In this document: one piece after another, positions 23,571 through 36,120 of the stretch
Position numbering within the stretch: position 1 is the first letter of the stretch
Layout: every line of letters starts with the position of its first letter
Origin: Okamejei kenojei
Taxonomy: Eukaryota
Direction: 5' to 3'
Assembly: GCA_035221665.1 (NCBI GenBank)
Contig: CM069132.1
Coordinates: 32,426,001 to 32,490,000, forward strand
Length of the DNA: 64,000 nt
The notes under the pieces: generated by a model
The model's database searches: none
The model's input: only the letters and a program-made list of their open reading frames with translations
Told to the model about the DNA's origin: nothing
Program-made: the position numbers and the translations under genes

Positions 23571-25321
23571 GCCTATCTCCTTCGCTCCTGAGATGCTGCT
23601 GCACCCGCTGAGTTTCTCCAGCCTTTTGTATACCCAAGATTGGCATGGTTGTTTATTGTAATGAAACAGTATAACGATGTTAACTTGGCAAAAAGATTTG
23701 ACTAGGATTCTGAAAGTAAACTACATTTTAGCCTCAAGTAAATGTGACAGCATCCAATTGCAAAAACCCCTCACTAGTTATTGTTATTATTGAAAGATTG
23801 CCTTCTGAGTGTCTTAAGTGTGACTATTGCAATTCCATTTAAAATACTTGAATTTTCAGAGGGATTATTTTCTGTGACTGGTACAATGCAGCATTTTTGC
23901 ACATAGCTATAACAAAAATAACTTTGTCTAGTAAATCATCATGTTTAATCTGCAGACCAGGTGACTTGCATATATGTTAAGATATTAAAAGCATGGCCGT
24001 GACCTGAATATTGAGGAGTCATTCATTTTCTGTTGATTGATATATTGCTGTTGCGGATGTTCTAGAATTGCTATCAGCTAGTTTCTTTGCAAAGGCTTTT
24101 AAATGAATACACCTTCATTTAAGCGAAGGTCACATTGGTAAGGCATTTCACTAATAAGACAGTCACTTAATATACTTCTGTGAGTAGCTTTGGCATTTCA
24201 GCAGCTTAGCGGAAACTGGAAGCTGCCTTGTCTCAGTGCTCAGTTCTGATGTCCTGTTATTTTGGAGCTCAAAGCTCCAGCTAATACCCTGTCTCATTCT
24301 CACACAGATGAACATATTTTCAGAAGAAGGAATCGCTGAGTGCTATTTGAAGGTATCATCAACTACATGATTAACACCTGATTAGAATCTACTGGCTATT
24401 TCTAAAGGTCTGCAAGCTCTCTTTAAATTAGCTAAAATCTGCAGCAAGTGAGACTGCAGGTGCTGAAGGGAATTTATTTTAAGGCCTTTGTGTAAGCCAG
24501 CATCTCCCAAGCGTACACGTTTTCCTTGGAGCACCTCGTGAAAATGTAACCTTTCATAATGACCTTTCTGTGCTTCCCAGGTCAGAAAGATCGTTCTGAG
24601 AATTAAAATGGTTAGCAACCAGGAGAGCAATGGTTAGCAACTAAGCCTTAGGACCAAGCAAAAGTGTTCGCAAAACGGTTGACGAGTTTACACTTGGTCT
24701 CACTGATGTACAGGAGACCACATTGGCTCGTTACTAGATAAGAGGATATAGGTTTAAGGTGAGAGGGAAAAAAATTAATAGAAGCACAAGGGACAACTTC
24801 TGCGTAGTGGTATTCAAAATGAAGAGAGGCCCACAAGAGAGGCCCACAGGAGCCGTTGGAAGAGGAGGAGGGGGAGGAGCGACACCCGACCGGTAAGCTA
24901 TAAAATCTAGCGCGGGGCTTGTTTTTTTCAGAGGCCCACAGGAGCCGTTGGAAGAGGAGGAGGGGGAGGAGCGACACCCGACCGGTAAGCTATAAAATCA
25001 AGCGCGGGGCTTGTTTTTACCCAAATCCATAACATTCCATTTGGAGAAGTGGTTTTTTTTGAGGAAACCGCTGATTGGTGGAAGAGGACCCGAGGAAGCA
25101 GCTGATTGGGTGCAACCCCGGGTTTACAATTTTACATTTCTGCCTTCTGGGAGTTAGGGATTCTGGGAGTTAGGGATTCTGGGAGTTAGGGATTCTGGGA
25201 GTTAGGGACTCTGGGAGTTAGGGATTCTGGGAGTTAAGGATTCAGTATTTAGTAGTAAAGTTTAAAGGATAAGTTTTTGTGTTTTTTTAATATTTAATAC
25301 AGAGTAATTTGGGAGTAAGGT

Positions 25322-26268
25322 ATGGCAGTAGAGATTGGCCCCGTGGTTTGTTCAGCCTGCAACATGTGGGAGATCAGGGAGATGGTCGGTGTCCCTGGTG
25401 ACTACGTTTGCAGGAAGTGTGTCCAGCTGCAGCTCCTGGCAGACCGCATTGAACGATTGGAACTGCGGCTGGATTCATACTGGAGCATCCACGATGCGGA
25501 GAAAGTCGTGGATAGCACGTACAGTGAGTTGGTCACACCGCAGGCAAAAGGTAAGAGGACAAAAAGGGAACGGGTGGCCAATAGCCAGCAAAGCAGTAGG
25601 CAGGTAGTGCAGGAGTCCCCTGCGGTCATCTCCCTCCTAAACAGGTATACCATTTTGGATACTGTTGAGGGAGATGGCTCATCAGGGGAATGCAGCAGCA
25701 GCCAGGTTCATGGCACCATGGGTGGCTCTGCAGCACATGAGGGGGGAAAAAAGAGGGGAAGGGCAATAGTAATAGGGGATTCAATTGTCAGGGGAATAGA
25801 TAGGCGTTTCTGCGGCCGCAAACGAGACTCCAGGATGGTATGTTGCCTCCCTGGTGCAAAGGTCAGGGATGTCACTGAACGGCTGCAGAACATTCTGGAG
25901 GGGGAGGGTGAACAGCCAGTTGTCGTGGTGCATGTTGGCACCAACGATATAGGTAAAAAAAGGATGAGGTCCTACAAGTGAATTTAGGGAGCTAGGAGAT
26001 AAACTTAAAAGTAGGACCTCAAAGGTAGTAATCTCCGGATTACTACCAGTACCACGGGCCAGTCAGAGTAGAAATAGGAGGATAATGCAAATGAATACGT
26101 GGCTTGAAAAGTGGTGCAAGGGGGAGGGATTCAAATTTTTAGGGCACTGGGACCAGTTCTGGGGGAGGTGGGACCGGTACAAACAGGACGGTTTTGCACC
26201 TGGAATGGAATGGAACCAATGTTCTTGGGGGAGTGTTTGCTAGTGCTGTCGGGGAGGATTTAAACTAA
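25322..26268 (+). pseudogene. CR1 ORF1: CxxC-CxxC zinc finger, leucine zipper, SGNH/GDSL esterase (frameshifted)
   Basis: CSAC...CRKC, VIGDSIVRG, HVGTND; frameshifts near 25960 and 26195; ends GEDLN*. Confidence 0.9.
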
Positions 26269-29251
26269 TGTGGCAGGGGGATGGGTACAAGAGCAGAGAG
26301 GCAGGTGGGTGTAAAATGAGGGTAGAAGCATTAGGTAGCAAGGTGAAAAGTAAAAGTGGCAGGCAGACAAAACCAGGGCAAAAATCAAAAAGGGCCACTT
26401 TTCAGCAAAATTGTATAAGGGGTAAGTGCGTTGTAAAGCCAAGCTTGAAGGCTTTGTGTCTCAATGCAAGGAGTATTCGTAATAAGGTGGACGAGTTGAA
26501 CGTGCAGATAGATATTAATGATTATGATATAGTTGGGATCACGGAGACATGGCTCCAGGGTGACGTAGGCTGGGAGCTGAACATCCAGGGATATTCAATA
26601 TTCAGGAGGGATAGAGAGAAAGGAAAAGGAGGTGGGGTAGCGTTGCTGGTTAGAGAGGAGATTAACGCAATGGAAAGGAAGGACATTAGCTTGGAGGATG
26701 TGGAATCGGTATGGGTAGAGCTACAAAACACTAAGGGGCAGAAAACGCTGGTGGGTGTTGTGTACAGGCCACCTAACAGTAGCAGAGAAGTTGGGGATGG
26801 TATCAAACAGGAAATTAGAAATGCGTGCGACAAAGGCAAAACAGTTATAATGGGTGACTTCAATCTACATATAGATTAGGTTAATCAAATTGGCAGGGGT
26901 GCTGAGGAAGAGGATTTTTTGGAATGTATGCGGGATAGTTATCTAAATCAACATGTAGAGGAACCAACGAGAGAGCAGGCTATTTTAGACTGGGTTTTGA
27001 GTAATGAGGAAGGGGTAGTTAGCCGTCTTGTTGTACGTGCCCCCTTGGGCAAGAGTGACCATAATATGGTTGAGTTCTTCATTAGGATGGAGAGTGACAT
27101 TGTTAATTCAGAAACAATGGTTCTGAACTTAAAGAAAGGTAACTTTGAGGGTATGAGACGTGAATTGGCCAAGATTGACTGGCAATTAATTCTAAAAGGG
27201 TTGACGGTGGATATACAATGGAAGACATTTAAAGACTGCATGGATGAACTACAAAAATTGTTCATCCCAGTTTGGCAAAAGAATAAATCGGGGAAGGTAG
27301 TGCATCCGTGGATAACAAGGGAAATCAGGGATAGTATCAAAGCAAAGGATGATGCGTACAAAGTAGCCAGAAAAAGCAGCATACCAGAGGACTGGGAGAA
27401 ATTCAGAGACCAGCAGAGGAGGACAAAGGGCTTAATTAGGAAAGGAAAAATAGATTATGAAAGAAAACTGGCAGGGAACATAAAAACTGACTGCAAAAGT
27501 TTTTATAGATATGTGAAGAGAAAGAGGTTAGTTAAAACAAATGTAGGTCCCTTGCAGTCAGAAACAGGTGAGTTGATCATGGGGAACAAGGATATGGCGG
27601 ACCAATTGAATAACTATGTAGTTATGTGGTTCCGTCTTCACTAAGGAAGACATAAATAATCTGCCGGAAATAGCAGGGGACTGTAGGTCAAAGGAGGAAT
27701 TGAGAGAAATCCAGGTCAGTCGGGAAGTGGTGTTGGGTAAATTGAATAGATTAAAGGCCGATAAATCCCCAGGGCCAGATAGGCTACATCCCAGAGTACT
27801 TAAGGAAGTAGCTCAGGAAATAGTGGATGCATTAGTGATAATCTTTCAAAACTCTTTAGATTCTGGAGTAGTTCCTGAGGATTGGCGGGTAGCAAATGTA
27901 ACCCCTCTTTTTAAGAAGGGAGGGAGAGAGAAAACGGGGAATTACAGACCAGTTAGTCTAACATCGGTAGTGGGGAAACTGCTAGAGTCAGTTATTAAAG
28001 ATGGGATAGCAGCACATTTGGAAAGTGGTGAAATCATTGGACAAAGTCAGCATGGATTTACGAAGGGTAAATCATGTCTGACGAATCTTGTGGAATCTTT
28101 CGAGGATGTAACTAGTAGCGTGGATAAGGAGAACCAGTGGATGTGGTATATCTGGACTTCCAGAAGGCTTTCGACAAGGTCCCACATAAGAGATTAGTAT
28201 ACAAACTTAAAGCATACGGTATTAGGGGTTCAGTATTGATGTGGATAGAGAACTGGCTGGCAAACAGGAAGCAAAGAGTAGGAGTAAACGGGTCCTTTTC
28301 ACAATGGCAGGCTGTGACTAGTGGGGTACCGCAGGGCTCAGTGCTGGGACCCCAGCTATTTACAATATATATTAATGATCTGGATGAGGGAATTGAAGGC
28401 AATATCTCCAAGTTTGCGGATGACACTAAGCTGGGGGGCAGTGTTCGCTGTGAGGAGGATGCTAGGAGACAGCAAGGTGACTTGGATAGGCTGGGTGAGT
28501 GGGCAAATGTTTGGCAGATGCAGTATAATGTGGATAAATGTGAGGTTATCCACTTTGGTGGCAAAAACAGGAAAGCAGACTATTATTTAAATGGTGGCCG
28601 ATTAGGAAAAGGGGAGATGCAGCGAGACCTGGGTGTCATGGTACACCAGTCATTGAAAGTAGGCATGCAGGTGCAGCAGGCAGTGAAAAAAGCGAATGGT
28701 ATGTTAGCTTTCATAGCAAAAGGATTTGAGTACAGGAGCAGGGAGGTTCTACTTCAGTTGTACAGGGTCTTGGTGAGACCACACCTGGAGTATTGCGTAC
28801 AGTTTTGGTCTCCAAATCTGAGGAAGGACATTATTGCCATAGAGGGAGTGCAGAGAAGGTTCACCAGACTGATTCCTGGGATGTCAGGACTGTCTTATGA
28901 AGAAAGACTGGATAGACTCGGTTTATACTCTCTGGAATTTAGGAGATTGAGAGGGGATCTTATAGAAACTTACAAAATTCTTAAGGGTTGGACAGGCTAG
29001 ATGCAGGAAGATTGTTCCCGATGTTGGGGAAGTCCAGGACGAGGGGTCACAGCTTAAGGATAAGGGGGAAATCCTTTAAGACCGAGATGAGAAAGACTTT
29101 TTTCACACAGAGAGTGGTGAGTCTCTGGAACTCTCTGCCACAGAGGGTAGTTGAGGCCAGTTCATTGGCTATATTTAAGAGTGAGTTGGATGTGGCCCTT
29201 GTGGCTAAGGGGATCAGAGGGTATGGAGAGAAGGCAGGTACGGGATACTGA
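26268..29251 (+). pseudogene. CR1 ORF2: APE endonuclease + reverse transcriptase with a few stops/frameshifts
   Basis: LNARSI, ITETW, GDFN, SDHN, KSPGPD, GVPQGSVLGP, FADDTK motifs across ORFs 26268-29251. Confidence 0.93.
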
Positions 29252-30423
29252 GTTGGATGATCAGCCATGATCATATTGAATGGCGGTGCAGGCTCGAAGG
29301 GCTGAATGGCCTACTCCTGCACCTAATTTCTATGTTTCTATGTTTCTATGAGCTGCCAGAGGGGGTAGTTGCAGCGGGCACCATAACAATATTTAAAAGT
29401 CACTTGGACATGCACATGAACAGGAAGGTTTAGAATGTTATGGACCAAAAGTAGGCAAATGGAACTAGTTTAGATGGGGCGATCAGGTGCTGTCTGGCCG
29501 GCTGAGTTACTCCAGCATTTTGTGTCTATCTCAGATGTAAACCAGCATCTGCAATTTCTTCCAACATTTTACTCCCATAGTGTCTAGTGCTGTCTAGTGC
29601 AAAAATATGATCGTATTCCATACAGAACTCAGGAATCTCACCGCAGAGAGTTGAATATTACAAATCCTTTACTGTACATGTTTGAAGTATTGGGTGATCA
29701 AGAGCTAATATGTGCCTGCAGGTGCAGGAATCTTGAGTGAAAAACAAAACCTAACAGTGAGTTACAAATGAATGTCATAGGCGAAGGAGAGTTTTGAATT
29801 AATAGAATTTTGAGACCTTTAAAAACAGCATTAAAAGCATATCAGTTGGTGGGACAGATGAAAATATGAAAATATTGAAGTATTATTTGTTCCCCAAGTA
29901 TTGTTAGACATATATAGAATGATTTTTCAATATATCCTGATGACAAAGAAGCCGAAAGTGTCTATGCCAATTCACAGAGCAATCTCTTTCTCCCACTTAT
30001 TTTATGTCCTGTAACCTTCCATTCCCTTCAACTCCTGATGCCATCCTGCATCAATTCTACCCCTCACTGAAATGCTTGGGCCCGTTTACTGTGCCAATTT
30101 AGTCTACAAACGTGCAGGGCTTTGCAAAGTGGGAGGAAACCCACATGGTCTATGTGACGTTTGTGCATTCAACCCGTGACCATGTGGGCATCAAAGGTTA
30201 GGTTTGAACTTGGGTTGCAGGAGCTGTGAGGCAGCGGCTCGTCTAGCTGCTGACTATAAATGATGCCACTCTGCCACTATCATATGCCACTGTGGTCTTT
30301 CCAAAAGTCACCCTTCTGTTCACAGGTCAGAAACTGACAGATGATCCAGGAGAATCTGAAACTAAAGCTGCAGCTTCTAAATTTCCTACTGCAGCTAAAG
30401 GTCCTGACACTTTAAAAGCATGA

Positions 30424-30622
30424 AGGGCCTGTCCCACCTGGCGATTTTTTCGGCGACTGCCGGCATCATATCAGTCTAGCGACGGCAAAAAAAAACGTTG
30501 CGACACTTGAAAAAAAAACACCACGCGTCATATGTCATCACGCCGTTAATTTTTCGGTGACCTGATACGTCAGTCATTGATGCTGGCAGTTGCCGAAAAA
30601 ATCGCCAAGTGGGACTGGCCCT
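30424..30622. mobile_element. ~200-bp MITE with AGGGCCTGTCCCAC-type TIRs
   Basis: agggcctgtcccacctggcgattttttcggcgactgcc ... ggcagttgccgaaaaaatcgccaagtgggactggccct; ATGA on both flanks. Confidence 0.85.
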
Positions 30623-30867
30623 ATGAGCTCTTTCACAGAACCAGATCATTTGAAAACAATTAATTCTTCTCGTCATATTTTTTTTCAGTCATAAATATAA
30701 TTTCTCATCTTTCTTTTTATTTAATTTAATTCATTTTTCCGGTAATGGAAATGTTTTGTGTATGTGTGTTTATCACATTTATGGTACAAAGCTGATTGTT
30801 CATTCATTATATTTCTCAGAATCCCTTCAAAAGATTGCTCCATGCTCTGTTCTGTTGCTCAGCCTTT

Positions 30868-31345
30868 GGTAGTTTAGAGGGACAGCGCGGAAACATGCCC
30901 TTTGGCCCACCGAANNNNNNNNNNNNNNNNNNNNNNNNNNNNNNNNNNNNNNNNNNNNNNNNNNNNNNNNNNNNNNNNNNNNNNNNNNNNNNNNNNNNNN
31001 NNNNNNNNNNNNNNNNNNNNNNNNNNNNNNNNNNNNNNNNNNNNNNNNNNNNNNNNNNNNNNNNNNNNNNNNNNNNNNNNNNNNNNNNNNNNNNNNNNNN
31101 NNNNNNNNNNNNNNNNNNNNNNNNNNNNNNNNNNNNNNNNNNNNNNNNNNNNNNNNNCAATTTTACCAAAGCCAATTAACCTACAAACCTATACGTCTTT
31201 GGAGTGTGGAAAGAAACCGGAGCACCTAGAGAAAACCCATGTGGTCACGGGGAGAATGTACAAACTCTGTGCAGACAGCACCTTTGGTCAGGATCAAACC
31301 CGGGTGTCTGGCGCTGTAAGGCAGCAACTCTATCACTGTGCCACC
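30868..31345 (-). mobile_element. HE1-like SINE spanning an N gap (30915-31157)
   Basis: Tail left of gap and body right of gap match copies at 9678 and 46170. Confidence 0.75.
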
Positions 31346-33823
31346 AGATTCTGATGATTGGGATTCTGCTATGCACATTGTATGTGTAGTTTCCCTCTGG
31401 TATTTTCTTCATGATTCACATACAAAGCCTATAATTAAAATAACTTTAAGCGACAGCTGAGCTAATATGCTGTGAAAGATCTTGAATATGATCATCAAAG
31501 TTTTATTAATCTCAATTTATATCAGTCAAAAGTCATGCACTCAAACAAATGAATCATTTCTTAGTGTAAAATATTGTATTTGCTCAAGGCTAAAATATTA
31601 AATCATTTTTTAATACTAATAGTGAAAAGTTGTTTCGAATAATGTAATTTTCACAAAATGTACATGCTTTTAACACTGACAACGTAATATAAATGGTTGG
31701 CAGATGAATAATCCAATAACAAAGAGACACAATTATCTTAAAAAGATGGGATTGTGGAGGTAGATTCATTACACTGGAAACGTCCTTGCAAAATAACACT
31801 TAAGGGTGACACAGTGGTGCAGCTGGTAGAACTGCTGCCTCACACTGCCAGAGACCTGGGTCTGATCTTAACCACAGCTACTGCCTGTGTGAGATTTGCA
31901 TGTTTTCTCTATGACTGCATGGGATTCCTCTGGGTGCTCTGGTTTCCTTCCACATCCCAAAGATGTGCGGGCGAGTTAATGCTTTAGCTCCAGAATCTTT
32001 CACCTGAGTAGGCTTTGAAATTCACTCATTGTTGCTCTGTAAGTAACGACAACAGTTGATCAGATGGGGAAAGAGGTCCCACAGGGGCAATTAAATGATA
32101 ACCCAGATAATTCCCTTTCATGTTGCTACTTGCAGGGAGTTTGCCAGGAGTCCTCTTCCATTATAATGTTTACAGACTTAAAAAGAAGGATTAAGAGGAT
32201 TGAGCAGAGTATATAGAGATAATGTCCTCTTTTATTACATTATATGAAAGTAAAGCGGATTGTGCGGTTACTTTGTACAACATCTCTTGTTGCAGGGATG
32301 ACCCTGAACTTCTAGGTGCTGTTTCTTTAAATCTCCCTCCCACTCACACTATGATCTCTCTGCATTTGACCTCCTGTATTCTTCAAATTCAGCTCAACAT
32401 AAGGCCAAGGAACAGCTTAGATAGGTGAATGCACAGTTTTTCCCAAGGTTGGGGAACTAGAAGGTATAAGTGTTGGGTGAAAGAGGAAATATTTAATAGG
32501 GATCTGAGGGGTATGTTTTCCCACAGAGAAGGTGCTACAAACAGCAAAAAAGAAGTGTTTGAAGCAGGTACAATAAAATAATTTAAAATACATTTGGACA
32601 GGCACATGGATAGGAAAGGTTTAGTGGGATATGGGCCAAATGCAGGTAAATAGGACTAGAGTATTTGGGCATATTGGTCTGCATGGACAAACTGGGTCAT
32701 TTCTGGTGGTGCATAACTCTGTAACAGCACCTATCCTTATGACTGGCACTGTGCAGATTGGAATGTAATTTTGAATGCAATAATATTAGTTGATCATTTG
32801 TTTAAGTCTTGCAATTTCAGCTTTCTTTATTTTATCTCTCTTCTAGTATTTCTTTCTTTCATCTTTTCCATTTACACTGTGTCCACTCATACCTTGATCA
32901 CCTTATTTCACCTTATTTCACCTGATTTTCTGATCATCCCAACAGACATCCTACCTTTTTCTTCCCTTTTTCTTCACCTTGTCCTTTCTGTCTTTAGTGC
33001 AGCTTAAAACCTGTTTCATTTATCTACTTTCCCAGTAGAGAATAAGGTGACTCAATTTGTATTTCAGATTTATGGCTGCTTTTGGGTTGCAGTTGATTTT
33101 GCCCATATGACTGTGGGGTATTTCCAAAGAGAAGTGAAAGTATGGCATTCACTGTGCTCCATTAGTGCACTTCCCTGGTCAGCAACTTATGGTGGCAGAT
33201 ACATTCACTTTTCCAGATTGTCATAGATAACTCCATAGGTGTGGACTTCATGCTCAAATATGTGATTCATCCTATGATATTTCCTATGAGCTTTCCAATA
33301 AAAGCACTGTAGCAACATTCATATTGATATCGGCTTGCATGATTAGATTTAGTAATATTATTTATATTCCACAAGCAGCAGTTAAGTAAAATACTCTCAG
33401 CAAAAATGGATCTGTTTCTTCCCAAGAAAGATTTGGTTGATTTGGCTTCTATTTTCTGAAGTTTAGAATAGTAAAAGGGGATTTCATGGCAAAAAAAACC
33501 TACAAAAAACTAACAAGACTGGGCAGACCAAATAATGAGAGTGACTTGTGTGCAAGAAGGAACAGTAGAAAGGGTCTTGACCCAAAACGTCATCCATTCC
33601 TTCTCTCCAGAGATGCTGCCTGTCTCGTTGAGTTACTCCAGCTTTTTGTGTCTATCTTCAAGGAGAATGTCTTGATGGTTGGGAAAGAAAGAAGGGTTAT
33701 TGTCTAAAAACTATGTAGGACTGAGATGAGGAGAAATGTCTTCATCCTGAAAGTGGTGAATCTAACTGTCATGTAAAGCATTTTTATGTCAAATAATTAA
33801 TTATATTCAAGAATTAATTATAT

Positions 33824-36120
33824 TGAGAATGAGGAGGTCATAGAGAGGAGCTACAGGGAGGTAGTCACTCCCAAACCACAGGAGGCAGACAAGTGGGTCA
33901 CAGTTAGGAAGGGCAAGGGGCAGAGGCAGGGGCTAGAGAGTACCCCTGTGACCGTACACCTGGAAAATAGGTACTCGGGTTTGTGTACGATTGGAGGGGA
34001 CAGCCTAGCTGGGGGCAGCAACAGCGGCCGGGCCTCCGGCACAGAGACCAGCCCTGATGCTCAGAAGGGTAACAAAAAAAGGAGGGCAATTGTAATAGGG
34101 GACTCTATAGTTAGGGGGTCGGATAGACGATTCTGTGGACGCAGTCGGGAGACCCGGATGGTAGTTTGCCTCCCTGGTGCCAGGGTCTCGCATGTGTCAG
34201 AACGTGTCCAAAAGATTCTGATAAGGGAGGGAAAGGAGCCTGATGTTGTGGTACACATAGGTACCAATGACATAGGCAGAAAAAGTGACGAGGTCCTGAA
34301 GGGAGAATTTAGGGAGTTGGGGGGAAAGTTAAGGAGAAGGACCAAAAGGGTAACAATTTCAGGATTACTGCCTGTGCCACGTGACAGTGATAGTAGGAAT
34401 GAAATGAGGTGGAGGATAAATGCGTGGCTGAGGGACTGGTGCAGTGGGCAGGGATTCAAGTTTCTTGATCACTGGGACCTCTTTTGGGGAAGGCATGATC
34501 TGTACACAAAGGACGGGTTGCACTTGAGCCCGAGGGGGACCAATATCCTGGCAGGGAGATTTGCAAAGGCTACTGGGGAGACTTTATACTAGAAAGGCTG
34601 GGGGGAGGGACTCGGGTAGAGGGGGCTAGGGGTCAGGGTGTGGGACAAGAGGCAGAGAAGGGAAGCACTCAGATCCAAAATGTAGGCGTGAAAGATGAAA
34701 AAGATAATAGACAGAGAATAAGGGATGGTGGGTTTCTAAAATGTGTATATTTTAATGCTAGGACCATTGTAAGTAAGGTGGATGAACTTAGAGCCTGGAT
34801 TGACACCTGGAAATATGATGTTGTGGCAATCAGTGAAACATGGTTGCAGGAGGGCTGTGATTGGAAACTAAATATTCCAGGATTTCGTTGCTTCAGGTGT
34901 GATAGAATTGGAGGGACCAGAGGGGGAGGTGTTGCATTGCTTGTCAGAGAAGATATTACAGCAGTGCTTTGGCAGGATAGATTAGAGGGCTCGTCTAGGG
35001 AGGCTATTTGGGTGGAACTGAGAAGTGGGAACGGTGTAGCAACACTTTTAGGGGTATATTGTAGACCGCCAAATGGGGAGCGTGAATTGGAAGAGCAAAT
35101 ATGTAAGGAGATAGCAGATATTAGTAGTAAGCACAAGGTAGTGATTGTGGGAGATTTCAATTTTCCAAAAATAGACTGGGAAGCACATTCTGTAAATGGG
35201 CTGGATGGTTTGGAGTTTGTAAAATGTGTGCAGGATAGTTTTTTGCAGCAGAACATCGAGGTATCGACCAGAGAAGGGGCAGTGCTGGACCTCCTGTTAG
35301 GAAATGAGGCCGGTCAGGTGACGGAGGTATGCGTTGGAGAGCACTTCGGGACCAGTGATCACAATACCATTAGTTTCAATATAATTATGGAGAGAGTCAG
35401 AACTGGACCTAGGGTGGAGATTTTTGATTGGAGAAAGGCTAACTTTGAGGGAATGCGTAAGGATTTTAAAGGAGTGAATTGGGACACTTTGTTTCATGGG
35501 AAGGATGTAGAAGAGAAATGGAGGACATTTAAAGGGGAAATTGTAAGAGTACAGAATCTTTATGTCCATGTTAGGTTGAAAGGAAATAGTAAAAATTGGA
35601 AAGAGCCATGGTTTTCAAGGGAAATTGGACACTTGTTTCGAAAAAAGAGAGATATCTACAATAATTATAGGAGGCATGGAGTAAATGAGGTGCTAGAGGA
35701 GTATAAAGAATGTAAAAAGAATCTTAAGAAAGAAATTAGGAAGGCTAAAAGAAGATATGAGGTTGCTTTGGCAAGAAAGGTGAAAGTAACCCCCAAGGGT
35801 TTCTACAGCTATATTAATATGAGAATGAGATGATAATTTGACATGAGAATTAAGGGACAGAGGTTTCGGGGTAACGTGAGGGGGAACTTCTTTACTCAGA
35901 GGGTGGTGGCTGTGTGGAATCGGCTTCCAGCAGAAGTGGTGGAGGCAGGATCGATTTTAACATTTAAGAGTAAAGTGGATAGGTATATGGACGTGAAGGG
36001 AATGGAGGGGTATGGTCTGAGTGCAGGTAGATGGGACTAGGGGAAAACAAATGGTCGGCACGGACTGGAAGGGCCGAGAGGGCCTGTTTCCGTGCTGTAA
36101 TTGTTATATGGTTATATGGT
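33824..36120 (+). mobile_element. Second CR1 family copy: ORF1 esterase, intact endonuclease, RT deleted, (TTATATGG)n tail
   Basis: ORFs 33948-34592 (GDSIVRG, HIGTND, DGLH) and 34640-35833; jumps to 3' end at ~35840. Confidence 0.9.

Larger units (their letters stand above)
24823..29350 (+). mobile_element. Near full-length CR1 LINE inserted into an older CR1 3' fragment
   Basis: 5' UTR with tandem repeats, ORF1, ORF2, (TTCTATGT)n tail; host sequence aaatga|gctgccagagg resumes after the tail with ATGA at both junctions. Confidence 0.95.

Noticed and set aside
25145-25245. TTAGGG-containing array as interstitial telomere
   Set aside because: Period is 16 bp within a CR1 5' UTR and the sister element has TTAAGGG instead
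30915-31157. ORFs spanning N runs
   Set aside because: Artefacts of translating assembly gaps
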